Below are positions 1-8,632 of a DNA stretch of 20,000 bases, in pieces. The DNA comes from an uncultured virus (IMG/VR IMGVR_UViG_3300023184_000084). Lineage: Duplodnaviria > Heunggongvirae > Uroviricota > Caudoviricetes. The stretch is from IMG/VR virus record IMGVR_UViG_3300023184_000084. One strand, given 5' to 3'. Position 1 is the first letter of the stretch, and each line of letters starts with the position of its first letter. A program made the translations under genes and the position numbers. Under the pieces are notes generated by a model. That model searched no databases. It was not told the origin of the DNA and saw only the letters and a program-made list of their open reading frames with translations.

Positions 1-224
1 GTACCCCCAGAGTCTACAACTGTAACGTTAGGCTTAAAGCCTAAATTATGAGTTATTACCCAAGAAGAACTAACTGCATTTTGAGTATGCTCATACGCTA
101 AGGCTTGTGGCTCTAGTGCACCGCTAGTTGTTCCAAAGTCTTGAGTACCAGAGGGTGTAGTTATTAAGATTACGTCATTTACTACAATTGGAACAGTAGT
201 TCCTGGTCTTACGTACTGACTCAT
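1..224 (-). CDS. Virion/tail-associated small beta-rich protein (partial, runs off window start)
   Basis: Not in the ORF track. ATG at 224 overlaps the upstream TGA (ATGA). Hand translation MSQYVRPGTTVPIVVNDVILITTPSGTQDFGTTSGALEPQALAYEHTQNAVSSSWVITHNLGFKPNVTVVDSGG... is open to position 1. The W-x-I-x-HNLG-x-x-P-x-V-x-V motif is typical of phage tail/fibre-associated domains. Confidence 0.75.
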   Translation of the reverse strand, partial: MSQYVRPGTTVPIVVNDVILITTPSGTQDFGTTSGALEPQALAYEHTQNAVSSSWVITHNLGFKPNVTVVDSGG

Positions 225-1276
225 TCTGTTACCTCTTCTGTCTTAAATATCTTTCCTCTAACATATGTTTGAGTGACCCCGTCTTTAGTTAACTGAACAT
301 CATAATAAGAGGTTCGAGGTAACATACGTGTCTGTGTTCCAGTGAGTGCTAATTTTAGAGTACGAAGGCCTGCTCCGTCTGCTGTACCGACATTTGGAAA
401 TGTAATTGTAAAAGTTGTTATAACTCCAGGAATACCTACTCCTAGAATATCTGCTTTTGCGGTATAGGTATCCACTTCAAAATCAAGAACGATAGTAAAC
501 TCGTAGGCATCTCCCTCATAGACAAAGAGGTCCTGAGTAACAATTGATACTGGAGTTTCCACATTGCCATAGGTAGGAGTAGGCAGGTGGACACGGGTAG
601 CGGCTGAGCGGTCGTCGATCTCTTGTGGTTGAAAGATTGGTACGTAGTGATTAGTAGTCTTAGAAATTCTGCGGAAACTAAAGACATCAATTTTATAAAG
701 ACCAATACCAAGTTGGGAACACAACTCTTTGTACTGCTGTTTTCTAGATTCAATCATCTGCATTAATTGTTGATAACGTTCAGACCTTGGAATTGTTACA
801 CCATCTGGAGCAAAGACGTTAATATCAAAAGCAGCATCATTAGCCAATGCATAAAGGGCTAAAGTTGATGCGTAAATAACTACGGGATACTCTTCAAGTG
901 CAGGCATATTCTGCAGACTAACACTGCGACCGTAGGCATCGGTGTGGAAGGCTGAGTGTTCTAAAAACGCTGTGCTTATGTAAGATTGAACTTCGGTTGT
1001 TGTAAAGTATCTAAAGTAGTTTCCAGCAACAATTATTGCAGCATCTGCCGCAGGCACCGTATCAAAAACAATATAACCAGTTGCTTCTTCAACCTCTACA
1101 TCATCAGATACATCTGTTCCGTTTAAGTTAATTATTAGATTTAATCCATCTAAAGGGGAGTAAGGAATTAGGTAGCGGTTAGTAGTCCCATCAGCAGTAA
1201 ACTGATAAACAAAAGACTTTGGGATATCGCCAATTTCAGACCGTAATCGATCCGCTAGGCTTGCAATCGTAGCCAC
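221..1276 (-). CDS. Putative head-tail adaptor/neck protein with added beta-sandwich domains (C-terminal BppU-like)
   Basis: GTG start with GGAGG RBS (1281-1285); lies two genes after the MCP. The helical segments LADRLRSEIGD and FTTTEVQSYI resemble head-tail connectors. The C-terminus YEGDAYEFTI...YYDVQLTKDGVTQTYVRGKI resembles BppU N-terminal-type domains. Confidence 0.55.
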   Translation of the reverse strand: MATIASLADRLRSEIGDIPKSFVYQFTADGTTNRYLIPYSPLDGLNLIINLNGTDVSDDVEVEEATGYIVFDTVPAADAAIIVAGNYFRYFTTTEVQSYISTAFLEHSAFHTDAYGRSVSLQNMPALEEYPVVIYASTLALYALANDAAFDINVFAPDGVTIPRSERYQQLMQMIESRKQQYKELCSQLGIGLYKIDVFSFRRISKTTNHYVPIFQPQEIDDRSAATRVHLPTPTYGNVETPVSIVTQDLFVYEGDAYEFTIVLDFEVDTYTAKADILGVGIPGVITTFTITFPNVGTADGAGLRTLKLALTGTQTRMLPRTSYYDVQLTKDGVTQTYVRGKIFKTEEVTE

Positions 1277-1334
1277 ATAACCTCCGTTAAAATTCTATGC
1301 CAATCATCTCGTGTATTAAGAATTTATTCAGCGC

Positions 1335-1394
1335 AAAAATAAAAAGGTCCAACTCCCAACTGGGAGGAGGGCGGGAACCAGTTGAGAGTCGGAC
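1335..1394 (-). terminator. Rho-independent terminator-like hairpin after the capsid operon
   Basis: Minus strand GTCCGACTCTCAACTGG, 14-nt loop, CCAGTTGGGAGTTGGAC: a 17-bp stem with 2 G-U pairs (1347-1363/1378-1394), followed by CTTTTTATTTTT. A small hairpin ACTAGC-CGTC-GCTAGT (1396-1411) precedes it. Confidence 0.75.
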
Positions 1395-1413
1395 TACTAG
1401 CGACGGCTAGTCT

Positions 1414-1785
1414 TTAGTTTGGCCGCCAAATGTAACCTAGTTGTTCTAGGTAATCGGCAAGAGATTTTGGAACCCTGTACTTAACACCTGCTTTAAAGGT
1501 GTAGGTATTGCCAACTCCATAACTCATGTCATCAATGTCGGTGATTGTGCGAATGACAACCATGTCACCTGCAGTTGAAACTCCAACATTCTCGATTTCA
1601 TCCAGCACTAATGGTGCATCTGGTTTTTTAGGATCAAAGACATCTCTTTCTAGACTCTCTGATTCAAGTTGAGTAGCGATAGAAATTTCTTCTTTACGCT
1701 TTTTTAATGCTTCTGCATTTTTCTTTGCTGCTTGCTCCGCTGCTTTGCCTGTTGCATCAAGCGGACTTGTTTGTGTGTTTGCCAC
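1414..1785 (-). CDS. Hypothetical head-associated protein directly downstream of MCP
   Basis: 123 aa; GTG start with AGGAG RBS. Charged helical N-terminus and a small beta domain ending G-x-x-Y-x-V-P-x-x-L-A-x-Y-L-E-x-L-G-Y, a pattern common in post-capsid genes. Confidence 0.6.
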   Translation of the reverse strand: MANTQTSPLDATGKAAEQAAKKNAEALKKRKEEISIATQLESESLERDVFDPKKPDAPLVLDEIENVGVSTAGDMVVIRTITDIDDMSYGVGNTYTFKAGVKYRVPKSLADYLEQLGYIWRPN

Positions 1786-1811
1786 GGTGTTTATTCTCCT
1801 AAGTTAGTTAG

Positions 1812-1854
1812 TGATGGCTGGGAGCCAAAAAAGGAGTAAGGCTCCCAGACATCA
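1812..1854 (-). promoter_or_regulatory. Stable hairpin 3' of MCP (attenuator, stabiliser or translational control)
   Basis: Minus strand TGATG-T-CTGGGAGCC, loop TTACTCCTTTTTT, GGCTCCCAG-C-CATCA. There is no U-tract after the stem. Confidence 0.6.
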
Positions 1855-1868
1855 GGTAAAGCGATTTA

Positions 1869-2996
1869 TTAGTTGGTGTAAACCTTAACAATTGCTTGAT
1901 CGGTAATTACGCCAAGACCCCAGATTGCATACCAAGCAAGAGCGTGCTCACGACCGAAGTCAAGAACGCCACCATCACGAAGTTCAACTGGAAGAGAGAT
2001 TGCGTGACCAAATGCGTTGTCACCAATCATGATTGATTCGTAAACTTCAGCACCGTTACCAGTTGCTGATGTTAGGTAACCTTTTTCTGCTGTGTAATTT
2101 GCAGACTCTGGGTTTCCACCACTTCCTGGAGCAGTGTTAGCCTTAACAGGAACTTCAATTTGAGATGCTGGAATACCAACAGAAGTTGAAGTTGTGTATG
2201 CAGCGTTAACTGATAGTTTTTTAACCTGTGTTGTTTCGATGAATACTACGTCGTATAGACGACCGATTTCACCTAGCATGAAGTTACCTGGAGCAGCGTA
2301 CTTAGTTACTTCGATGAACTCTGGGTTCGAACGAATATCACGTGACTGCTTTGGGTGTACGAACTGTACGTATGTCTCGCCTAAACGAGGGATGTTCTTA
2401 CCAGCAAGGGTAAGAGCAGCATCCTTTACAGCACCAGTTGATAACTTGTAGTTACCATCAAGGTCTGACATTTGTGTTGCTACTGTACCTTCGTTGTACC
2501 AGTCATTAACACCTTGTACTGATGAACGGTCATAACCGAACACTGCAGAAGTTGCTGCAGATAGAGTGTTACGTGCTTGTACATCTAGGTATTGCGCCAT
2601 TTGGCGTCCTAGAAGACGAGATGCTGAAGCCATTACATCATCAAATGATGCATTAAGTAGCAACTCAGAAACAGCAACGGCATAACCGTGTTCTGCTACT
2701 GTGATTGCAATTTGCTCTGCAGTAAGTGCATTCGTAGTCATACGAACACCTTCTGTTAGAGGAGTTGGATCTACTGCGAAGTTCTTGTAACGAAGGAAGT
2801 TCACACGAAGACCAGGTGCTACACCTAGTTCAGTCTTCTTAACTGCGAATTGTTCGAAACGAAGAATTGGCATTGCCTGGAACAAAATTTCTTTCGACCA
2901 GATTGTTTGAATTGCTTGGCTCAGGCTTGTATTTGAGCCTGAGTATGCGGTTGGGGCTCCTGCGAGTTGCCCTGTACCTGTAATTGCACTTGCCAT
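1869..2996 (-). CDS. Major capsid protein (HK97 fold, N4-gp56-like family)
   Basis: 375 aa, following portal and scaffold. Motifs PLTEGV, EHGYAVAVSE, YVQFVHPKQSRDI, GEIGRLYDVVFIET and DFGREHALAWYAIWG are characteristic of this capsid family. AAGGA RBS. Confidence 0.92.
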   Translation of the reverse strand: MASAITGTGQLAGAPTAYSGSNTSLSQAIQTIWSKEILFQAMPILRFEQFAVKKTELGVAPGLRVNFLRYKNFAVDPTPLTEGVRMTTNALTAEQIAITVAEHGYAVAVSELLLNASFDDVMASASRLLGRQMAQYLDVQARNTLSAATSAVFGYDRSSVQGVNDWYNEGTVATQMSDLDGNYKLSTGAVKDAALTLAGKNIPRLGETYVQFVHPKQSRDIRSNPEFIEVTKYAAPGNFMLGEIGRLYDVVFIETTQVKKLSVNAAYTTSTSVGIPASQIEVPVKANTAPGSGGNPESANYTAEKGYLTSATGNGAEVYESIMIGDNAFGHAISLPVELRDGGVLDFGREHALAWYAIWGLGVITDQAIVKVYTN

Positions 2997-3030
2997 TTAG
3001 GTCAAGTCCTTTCCTAGTAGTTGTTTGGGA

Positions 3031-3798
3031 TTAACCGAACAGTCCCTGACCACGATTGCTGGCTGCTGTGCCAAGTAGTTTGGCTCTTTGTTTCGCATAA
3101 TCCGCCAATGACATTTCCCTGATCGAATCAGGTGAGTACGATTTTTGTTCCGAATCATTATCGAGGGGTCCTGCGGCAGGATTAGTAATTCTAGTTCCTG
3201 CCATTTGTTGTCTTGCGCTTTGCATTGCCTGTTGAGCAGATGACAAAATTCGAGCAGATTTTTCTTTCAACATTGCGATGCTCTGCTCTACTTCATCTGC
3301 ACTGTTGCCGTCAATCAAGTCAATCAATTCAGGAACAATATTGTCCCGCTCTTGCTCAACTCTTTGTTGACGATAATTCATAACTTCTTGGAACTTACGT
3401 TCCTGTTCTAATAGAGCAAAGGCACGTTCTCTCTCAAGACGCTCAGCCTCTAATTGAGACTGAAATTCTTGCTCCTTCTTTTTTAGGAGGTCTTTAAAAG
3501 AAAGTTCAGATTCCTCTTCTTCTTTCTTTTGTGCTTCTTTGCGAACTAACTCTTCAGCAACACGTTGTTCACGTTCTGCTTCTTTAGCGGCTTGTTCTTC
3601 ACGAGCCTTCTTTAAAGATGATAGTTCTTCTTTCATCTTTTCCATCTGAGGGTATAACTTTGCTTTCTCTTGTTCACGAGCCTTAGCAATGTCTTCTGCG
3701 CTATACACAGAACCTACCTCACTTGGATTTTCTTGTGCTGGTATTGCTGCCAGAATTTCTGGTGACAATAGATCAGCGGTTTCTACTGTATTTTCCAT
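3031..3798 (-). CDS. Capsid scaffolding protein
   Basis: Lies between portal and MCP; long Glu/Lys/Gln-rich coiled coil; C-terminal IREMSLADYAKQR helix typical of scaffolds. ATG at 3798 is preferred over GTG at 3807, but the start is uncertain. Confidence 0.8.
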   Translation of the reverse strand: MENTVETADLLSPEILAAIPAQENPSEVGSVYSAEDIAKAREQEKAKLYPQMEKMKEELSSLKKAREEQAAKEAEREQRVAEELVRKEAQKKEEEESELSFKDLLKKKEQEFQSQLEAERLERERAFALLEQERKFQEVMNYRQQRVEQERDNIVPELIDLIDGNSADEVEQSIAMLKEKSARILSSAQQAMQSARQQMAGTRITNPAAGPLDNDSEQKSYSPDSIREMSLADYAKQRAKLLGTAASNRGQGLFG

Positions 3799-3928
3799 AG
3801 ATTTCACTTATCTTTCTTGGGTCGTTGTCCGAATGCCTTTCGGCGTATCACTGGTTTTTAACAAGATAATTGCAGTCTATTAAACTGCATATGTCTCGGT
3901 AAAATCTGATTTTACATCAGAATTTTAA

Positions 3929-5665
3929 TTAATCCCTGTCTACTGTTCTTCTTTGTGGAATTTTTGTTCCATAAGCGTCAGTGACAAGTTTGTTTCTTAT
4001 CTCAGCCTCTGCTTCAACTTCCATGCCTTTTGTTTCTTGACTGGCTGGATTTAAAGGATTATCAGCATCTTGAGGGCCCTGCATTCCGTCACCCATCATG
4101 TCTCCATCACCTATAACGGTAGGCTGCATTGGAATAGCACTATTACCATCGGGTCCTGGCATCATGCCAGTCATGTCCATAATCTGTTTTTGAATTTGAA
4201 TTTTTATAAGTTGTAGAGCACCATCAGCCTCAGCATCGGCCATGAGTTCTTTACGAATTTCTTGCAACTTCTCTTCAGGGAATTCTTCACCAAGTTGACG
4301 TAATGCACCCTCTTTAGACTCAAGTCCCATACCCAATTTAGTTTGAAGTTCATTAAGAACAATTAGTTTATCAAGAGGTAGAGGTTGTGGAAACTGTGCA
4401 TAGTTAATGTAAGTAACGGGATCATTAGGATCTAGTTGTGGATACTGACCTTCTTTGATTGGTCCATCTTCATCTGGATTATAAATAAATGTCTGTGGTT
4501 CTTTAACTGCAAGAGTCTTCATTACTAATTCGTTTATCTTTTCTAAACCTTTACCATACTGTGCAACTTTTTGGGAGTAACGATTCATCAATGGTTGGTA
4601 TTGAATAGAAAGAGCAACGCCAGAAGTATTTGAAATTGGTTGAACTTGTCCCAGTGCGGTTTCTGGAATGTTCATGAGTTCATGCATTGAGCGCTTTAAT
4701 AGTTCTAGGTACTTTAAGGCTCCGTCTATACCTTGTGCACCACCTTCTAAGTTGAAGACTTGAGCATCTTTTGGAAGACCGCCCCAAACCTTCTTAGCGC
4801 CTTTTTCTAAGTTAGAGGCTTTAGCACCCACGATTACCGTTACTGGCGATGCGTGGTAGTTAATGATGTCTGCAACATCAGTGCTAATTTCGTTATATGC
4901 ACGGTTTATAGTGATGATGTCGTGTGCGTCCGAGAGACCCCACGGTGATCCTGAAACAGGAACATTAGGAATATGAACTACAGGAATTACGCCCAAAGGA
5001 TTTGGACGTGAATCAATTAGTTCATCATTTACGTACTCTTCAATAATGTCATCAGTAAGAATTTCAGTATAAGTAAATACTTGACGAGTACCTTCTAAAG
5101 ATGTACCCCAGAAACGATATTTTTGTTTAAATCTTAAAAGTCTATTTCTATCATGTGGATGAAATTCTGGAAAACAGAAAGAGGAGTTCATAGGAAGAAT
5201 ACGAACACGACCAGGATGTAATAATCCTGCAGAGTCTGTCCAAGGTTCTTCGTATGCTACTTTAACAAAACAATCTCCTGTAATTCCGCCTTGCTGTCCC
5301 ATTTCAAGTAGGACACGCATCTTGTCATTATCTACCGTCCAAACCCGTTCCAACCTGTCAGGTACAATCGCTTCAGTCGCTTTCGGAGACCTATAATGAA
5401 CCCCACGACCAAAAGTAAAACGGGAAAGATAATCATTAAACGCCCGATAGTAGTTAACAGCAATTTGCATTTCGCCTTGCTCACGACGGTACCCCCAATG
5501 GTGACCTAGATACATTGCCCAATTTAATGAATAACGGTTTAGGCGAGGACCATGAACTTCAAATTCTTCGTCAGCAAGTTCTACTAATCCAAGTGGAGAA
5601 ATAGAAATAGTTAAATCAGATGATGCCGCTCTATATGACGGCGGACTAAAGTCCAAAAATGACAT
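3929..5665 (-). CDS. Portal protein (SPP1 gp6-like)
   Basis: 578 aa between terminase and scaffold. Motifs NYYRAFND, GITGDCFVKV, NPLGVIPVVHIPN, WGLSD and SNTSGVAL are typical of Gp6-like portals. Confidence 0.9.
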   Translation of the reverse strand: MSFLDFSPPSYRAASSDLTISISPLGLVELADEEFEVHGPRLNRYSLNWAMYLGHHWGYRREQGEMQIAVNYYRAFNDYLSRFTFGRGVHYRSPKATEAIVPDRLERVWTVDNDKMRVLLEMGQQGGITGDCFVKVAYEEPWTDSAGLLHPGRVRILPMNSSFCFPEFHPHDRNRLLRFKQKYRFWGTSLEGTRQVFTYTEILTDDIIEEYVNDELIDSRPNPLGVIPVVHIPNVPVSGSPWGLSDAHDIITINRAYNEISTDVADIINYHASPVTVIVGAKASNLEKGAKKVWGGLPKDAQVFNLEGGAQGIDGALKYLELLKRSMHELMNIPETALGQVQPISNTSGVALSIQYQPLMNRYSQKVAQYGKGLEKINELVMKTLAVKEPQTFIYNPDEDGPIKEGQYPQLDPNDPVTYINYAQFPQPLPLDKLIVLNELQTKLGMGLESKEGALRQLGEEFPEEKLQEIRKELMADAEADGALQLIKIQIQKQIMDMTGMMPGPDGNSAIPMQPTVIGDGDMMGDGMQGPQDADNPLNPASQETKGMEVEAEAEIRNKLVTDAYGTKIPQRRTVDRD

Positions 5666-5928
5666 TACTTCTTGCCTTTATCTTTTTCTTTTTTAGAATT
5701 CTTTGTGTCTTTGTTACTTTCACGTTCTTTATTTTTTGCGTTCTCTTGTTTTTTCTTAGCCATATTTGCCCGACGACTTGCTTCAGTTGTTTCAACATAC
5801 TGTCCGCCTGCTTGTTGATACTTTTTACTTACCCATGCCGATGCTCCAGGATTTGGATAGTTAGAATATTTTGCTCGTGCTTGAGCAACAAACATCGCAT
5901 ACAGTTTTGGGTTAGCAGGTTTACGCAT
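5665..5928 (-). CDS. Small, very basic hypothetical protein
   Basis: 87 aa with GGAGGAG RBS; stop overlaps the portal start (TAATG). PANPKLY...SAWVSKKYQQAGGQY domain plus a Lys-rich tail. Confidence 0.75.
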   Translation of the reverse strand: MRKPANPKLYAMFVAQARAKYSNYPNPGASAWVSKKYQQAGGQYVETTEASRRANMAKKKQENAKNKERESNKDTKNSKKEKDKGKK

Positions 5929-5949
5929 TTACGTCTCCTCCGTAGATGA

Positions 5950-5988
5950 CCAATCTCCGCTCATACCTTATAGTATGAACGGAGTTGG
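5950..5988 (-). promoter_or_regulatory. Intergenic hairpin
   Basis: Minus strand CCAA-CTCCGTTCATAC, loop TATAAG, GTATGAGCGGAG-A-TTGG; about 16 bp with one G-U pair and one bulge. Confidence 0.55.
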
Positions 5989-6003
5989 GTGTTAATAAGT
6001 AAC

Positions 6004-6399
6004 TTAGTCGTTTACGACTGTTGGGGACTGACGTTGAGTCCGTCCACCTGAACGAGCAACTGTCTCAATCTGTGCTGCTGAGTAGTCGTTCATTGTTCCA
6101 TGAGCAAACTCACCAAGAAATGTTGGTGCTTCTGTCCATGATGCAGAACCTACGTGAGCACGTTCTGCAAGTGTTTCTGCAGCAGGTTTTGTATGAACTG
6201 GTGCATTACGATTTGGACGACCTGCAGCGACGGCTGAACCTTGTTGCATTCCTAATTGAAAATCGTTTGGAATATCGGTATCAGTTGCGACACCCTCTTC
6301 AAAACGTAGTGGTCCACGGCGAGTTGCATTATCTGCACCCTTGCGCTCATAAACCTGTGGTGCACGCTCTGGGAAGCGAGGTGCTGGTGATATTGTCAT
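6004..6399 (-). CDS. Hypothetical protein (possible virion component)
   Basis: 131 aa with TAAGGAG RBS, between terminase and portal; codon style resembles the MCP. Confidence 0.75.
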   Translation of the reverse strand: MTISPAPRFPERAPQVYERKGADNATRRGPLRFEEGVATDTDIPNDFQLGMQQGSAVAAGRPNRNAPVHTKPAAETLAERAHVGSASWTEAPTFLGEFAHGTMNDYSAAQIETVARSGGRTQRQSPTVVND

Positions 6400-6482
6400 T
6401 TATGACTCCTTAAGGATTGAATTGGGAAAGGCCTTTTCCTTGGTAATAGTTTCCACCCTTTTTGGTCTAAATTGTTGTTTAA

Positions 6483-8069
6483 CTAGAAAAAAGGATTGCT
6501 AGAGGCTACTACTTCTGGCATTACTAAGTCTTGGGTTAAGGAACAAGCAATGGATAAAGAATCTACAAAATCGTCATGTGCGTAGGATTCATCGGGGGCT
6601 GCTACAAGAAAATTTGGACCTTTGTACTGTACCTCTGCATCAACCATCTGTTGATAAAACCGTTTCCATGTACGTAAGCGCCTAGTTTTTGCATGAGCAG
6701 GCCATGCAATCATCTTACGTTGAATTAATGCCTGTAGGTGTTTCCATCGTTTTGATTGTTCAGATGGGCTAGAAGTTAAAGACATAACCTCTGCTCTTGG
6801 TAATAAAAGTTTTAAACGTTGGGCAACAGCATCGCCCACACCATTAGCATCTACCCCAACAGCAAGAACATCGTAGTTACTTAAGAAGTTTACTATTTGA
6901 TAATACTGTTCTTCCCAATCGTCTCCTTGCATTTCTAACCAGTTAAGGATTCTATGATCAAAATAACCAAACTCATCAGGACGATCCCAATCAACCCAAA
7001 CAACCGTAACAACTGTGCTGTCAGTTTTACGAGCAGGGTCAATGCCTACAACAACTGGAGTCTTGTGCCATACCTTAACAAGTTCTTGAGACGTGTCGCC
7101 TAAGTCATCCATAATTGAAGAGGTAACAAACATTCCTCTTTCTAAGAGCCACTTACAGTTATAAGACATTTGAAACTCATCGGACTCTTCTCCAATACGC
7201 AACATCTCTTTACGAATAAACTTTTCGTAGTTTGGATTAAATTTTGCTACATCTTTCCAATCCCATTGAAAATGATTTTGCCTGTTACCTTTTGTAGTTT
7301 GACGTCTGCGATTTAATTGAATAGATCTATAAAAATTATTTTTAGTTGTAGTAGGAGTTCCTGTCTTAACCATAGTTCCTGCGTAGTATGCAAGCATAGG
7401 AGAAATAGATTTAGAAACTACAAAGTCATCTGCTTCTTGACACTCATCTACAACAATCAAATGAAAAGACTTAGACTCAATTTTTGCTCGTGGGTTTGCA
7501 GTCATCATGGTTATTGTTGAACCTGATTTCTTTAATTTGAGTTGTCTAGTTACACCGCCAACACGAACTGCTGAATCGTCAATCTCAACATCGCCCATAA
7601 TATCTACGGCTCTTTCAGAGGTTAAACGAGTTACAGCACGACCAAACAATGTTTCGGCCTGAGATTCAGTTGGTGCAAATAACCCAACCCAAACTCCATC
7701 TTTAAATTTACCTAGTAAATCAGGATATAACTTAGCAAGACGAGGTAGGAGAATCATCAGTGTGGCTACAGTGTCAGCAACGGTTTCAGACTTACCAGAC
7801 TGACGTGAAGCAAGAGCAGTTACTTCTTCACCATCGTTGATAATTACTGATTCCATAATACGACGGGCTAGAGGTTTCTGATAAGCATGCAAATCATGCC
7901 CGACAAGAACCTTTAAAAAGTCCATCATCTTATCTATTAATGTATCTACAAATTTTTGCGATAACTCATCGAGTAAATCTTCTACAGGATCTTCTACAGG
8001 TTTTTCTTCAGCCTGATAAAACTCAGGACTAATCTCTTCAAACTTATCTTTGTCGTATTTAGATTCCAT
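6483..8069 (-). CDS. terL: Terminase large subunit
   Basis: Walker A ASRQSGKSET, Walker B LIVVDECQ, coupling motif TGTP. RNase H-like nuclease motifs VGIDPARKTDSTV, VDANGVG and HDDFVDS. TAAGGA RBS. Confidence 0.95.
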   Translation of the reverse strand: MESKYDKDKFEEISPEFYQAEEKPVEDPVEDLLDELSQKFVDTLIDKMMDFLKVLVGHDLHAYQKPLARRIMESVIINDGEEVTALASRQSGKSETVADTVATLMILLPRLAKLYPDLLGKFKDGVWVGLFAPTESQAETLFGRAVTRLTSERAVDIMGDVEIDDSAVRVGGVTRQLKLKKSGSTITMMTANPRAKIESKSFHLIVVDECQEADDFVVSKSISPMLAYYAGTMVKTGTPTTTKNNFYRSIQLNRRRQTTKGNRQNHFQWDWKDVAKFNPNYEKFIRKEMLRIGEESDEFQMSYNCKWLLERGMFVTSSIMDDLGDTSQELVKVWHKTPVVVGIDPARKTDSTVVTVVWVDWDRPDEFGYFDHRILNWLEMQGDDWEEQYYQIVNFLSNYDVLAVGVDANGVGDAVAQRLKLLLPRAEVMSLTSSPSEQSKRWKHLQALIQRKMIAWPAHAKTRRLRTWKRFYQQMVDAEVQYKGPNFLVAAPDESYAHDDFVDSLSIACSLTQDLVMPEVVASSNPFF

Positions 8070-8090
8070 GGTGTCCTTATAAAACAGCGA

Positions 8091-8112
8091 AACCCATCAC
8101 TAAGGATGGGTT
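8091..8112 (-). promoter_or_regulatory. Hairpin in the terL leader
   Basis: AACCCATC-CTTAGT-GATGGGTT, a perfect 8-bp stem 21 nt upstream of the terL ATG. Confidence 0.55.
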
Positions 8113-8145
8113 AACGCCTGACCTGTAAGAGAGTAAGACAGTTAA

Positions 8146-8388
8146 TCATAGCACAGACTTAGATCTACGCTTTAACTCTTTAGCAATTGCATGGAAGACT
8201 TCGGCGCCCATAAGAATTTCATCAAGGTCTGCTTCACTCTGTTGTCTTTGCCAGATTGTAATGTGTTTTCCAATCGTATACATCGACTGCTCCATCCATG
8301 AAATCAAATCTGGAGTAGGGATTGTTGCCACCCGCTTCTCTATCCGAGTCTGGGGCTGGTGTCCATCCTGCTTCTTCCGTAAAATCAT
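8146..8388 (-). CDS. Hypothetical helical protein immediately upstream of terL
   Basis: 80 aa with amphipathic helices (DLISWMEQSMYTIGKHI, DLDEILMGAEVFHAIAKEL); fills the gap before terL; overlaps the upstream ORF by 155 nt. Confidence 0.6.
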   Translation of the reverse strand: MILRKKQDGHQPQTRIEKRVATIPTPDLISWMEQSMYTIGKHITIWQRQQSEADLDEILMGAEVFHAIAKELKRRSKSVL

Positions 8389-8632
8389 CGTAGGTTACTT
8401 CCCGCTTTCCTAGTGCCATGGTTAATGCTTCTTCTTCATCTTTTGTACCAGTCCACTTTCCAAACACTAACGCTTTATATCGTGGCAAGCGTACTATAAA
8501 TGGAGTGGATGTGCGAAATGGATACTCAATCTCTTGAGTCCAACCACGAACAAAGAACTTAAAACCCCATTTAAAAGGAAAATTTGTTAATTGTACGAAA
8601 TGTTTTGGTCCAATTTTATGTACCTTGGGCAT
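8234..8632 (-). CDS. Hypothetical protein
   Basis: 132 aa; start coupled to the upstream stop (TAATG at 8630-8634); aromatic-rich N-terminal beta region. Confidence 0.7.
   Translation of the reverse strand: MPKVHKIGPKHFVQLTNFPFKWGFKFFVRGWTQEIEYPFRTSTPFIVRLPRYKALVFGKWTGTKDEEEALTMALGKREVTYDDFTEEAGWTPAPDSDREAGGNNPYSRFDFMDGAVDVYDWKTHYNLAKTTE

Noticed and set aside
442..753. 103-aa minus-strand ORF
   Set aside because: Nested out of frame within the adaptor-like gene, with no recognisable motif or RBS.
3871..3925. Two weak inverted repeats between portal and scaffold (TGCAGT/ACTGCA; TCTGAT/ATCAGA)
   Set aside because: Short, AT-rich stems that cannot be called terminators or operators from sequence alone.
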